NCBI RefSeq assembly: GCF_037042905.1 | Contig: NC_087246.1 | Span: 20,398,001 to 20,462,000 of the forward strand | Source of the DNA: Lytechinus pictus | Lineage: Eukaryota | Length of the DNA stretch: 64,000 bases | Direction of reading: 5' to 3' | Part shown: positions 63,312 to 64,000 of the stretch, one piece after another | Numbering within the stretch: the first letter of the stretch is position 1 | Layout of the letters: each line of letters begins with the position of its first letter | Position numbers and translations under genes: made by a program | Notes under the pieces: model-generated | What the model was told of the DNA's origin: nothing | The model's input: only the letters and a program-made list of their open reading frames with translations | The model's database searches: none

Positions 63312-63812
63312 CTAGAAGTTGATGCAGAAGACATACGGATGATAACCCATCGGTGTGTAGAAAGAAGACGGTGTTCGGTGAAGATACTCAGCGCTAGAGG
63401 GAGAAGGAGAGCGACTGCTACGAGAGAGAAAGTCTACTGACATCAGTGGACTGGTGGCGCCTTTCGTTGAGTCACGTGATGTCGTGCAGTGGAGCTGAGT
63501 GACGCCATGAAATTGAAGATGTGGGTCCGATGAAACGGTCGTTGACTCTGACGTCGATCGACTGCTTTTAGCGAGAAAGTCGACGGAGAACTTGGATGAC
63601 ACGACGCCCAACTTCTTTGTAGGTGGTGTCGTCTGGTTGACCTCATCGGCGTCGCATGGTGTCTTCCGTTTACGGCTTACGGCAGACAAGTCGACTTCAT
63701 TAGATGGTTGAAGGCGAGGGTTGTAGACGTCTTTCTTAATGACTGGTTGGTGAGCAGAGCATAAAACAAGAGAGGCTCGACGGACACGTGCACGACGGTT
63801 CTGAAACCAGAC
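63312..63812 (-). CDS. pmar1: pmar1 copy 14, exon 2 only (exon 1 lies beyond the window)
   Basis: VWFQNRRARVRR..FSVDFLA..MSVDFLS..FCINF*; intron runs to the window end. Confidence 0.85.
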   Translation of the reverse strand, partial: VWFQNRRARVRRASLVLCSAHQPVIKKDVYNPRLQPSNEVDLSAVSRKRKTPCDADEVNQTTPPTKKLGVVSSKFSVDFLAKSSRSTSESTTVSSDPHLQFHGVTQLHCTTSRDSTKGATSPLMSVDFLSRSSRSPSPSSAEYLHRTPSSFYTPMGYHPYVFCINF

Positions 63813-64000
63813 CTGGAGAGGAGAGAAAACAAAATTGAAAGAAAAGATCAGTGAAACAGTTTAAATATTTTCAGAAAATATGATTTTATTGATGAGAACT
63901 ACTTTCTTTATTCAACATTTATCTCAATACTATGGTCCGTTTATGAAATCCATAATTACCTGGCGTTCTATAAAGACTAAATTATAAAGGAACGATGTTT

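Larger units (their letters stand above)
25900..64000 (-). repeat. Head-to-tail tandem gene array, ~2.6-3.0 kb units, at least 14 pmar1-family genes; continues beyond the window
   Basis: Exon-1 ATGs at 27433, 30238, 33268, 36162, 39064, 41971, 44870, 47786, 50691, 53444, 56074, 58979, 61644 (spacings 2805, 3030, 2894, 2902, 2907, 2899, 2916, 2905, 2753, 2630, 2905, 2665). Confidence 0.97.

Overview
Eukaryotic, AT-rich, repeat-dense DNA from a euechinoid sea urchin (inferred from the pmar1 genes; species not determinable here). Left part (1-25.3 kb): the first three coding exons of a minus-strand USP32 gene (58/128/106 bp; intron 1 has a GC donor). Its introns hold a near-full-length CR1/L2-type LINE, many MITEs (TTAA, TTA, TA, 5-bp and 8-bp target duplications), a HINE/pearl-like element with internal tandem repeats and a recent 238-bp tandem duplication. 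Right part (~25.9-64 kb, running off the window): a head-to-tail array of ~2.6-3.0 kb units. Each unit carries a two-exon PRD-class Q50 homeobox repressor gene of the pmar1/micro1/hbox12 family (232 aa, two eh1-like motifs) with its own TATA/CCAAT/Otx-type promoter and a GATA-rich minisatellite spacer. There are 13 complete copies plus exon 2 of a 14th, with a 181-N gap between copies 1 and 2. The array is not uniform. Five adjacent copies (5-9) share a TGC>TGA stop giving a 174-aa protein with one eh1 motif, together with homeodomain Q33H. Copies 5-11 share a distinct promoter haplotype, copies 5-8 form a ~5.8-kb dimeric higher-order repeat, and copy 4 has a V47F recognition-helix change plus a lost and a gained Otx-type site.
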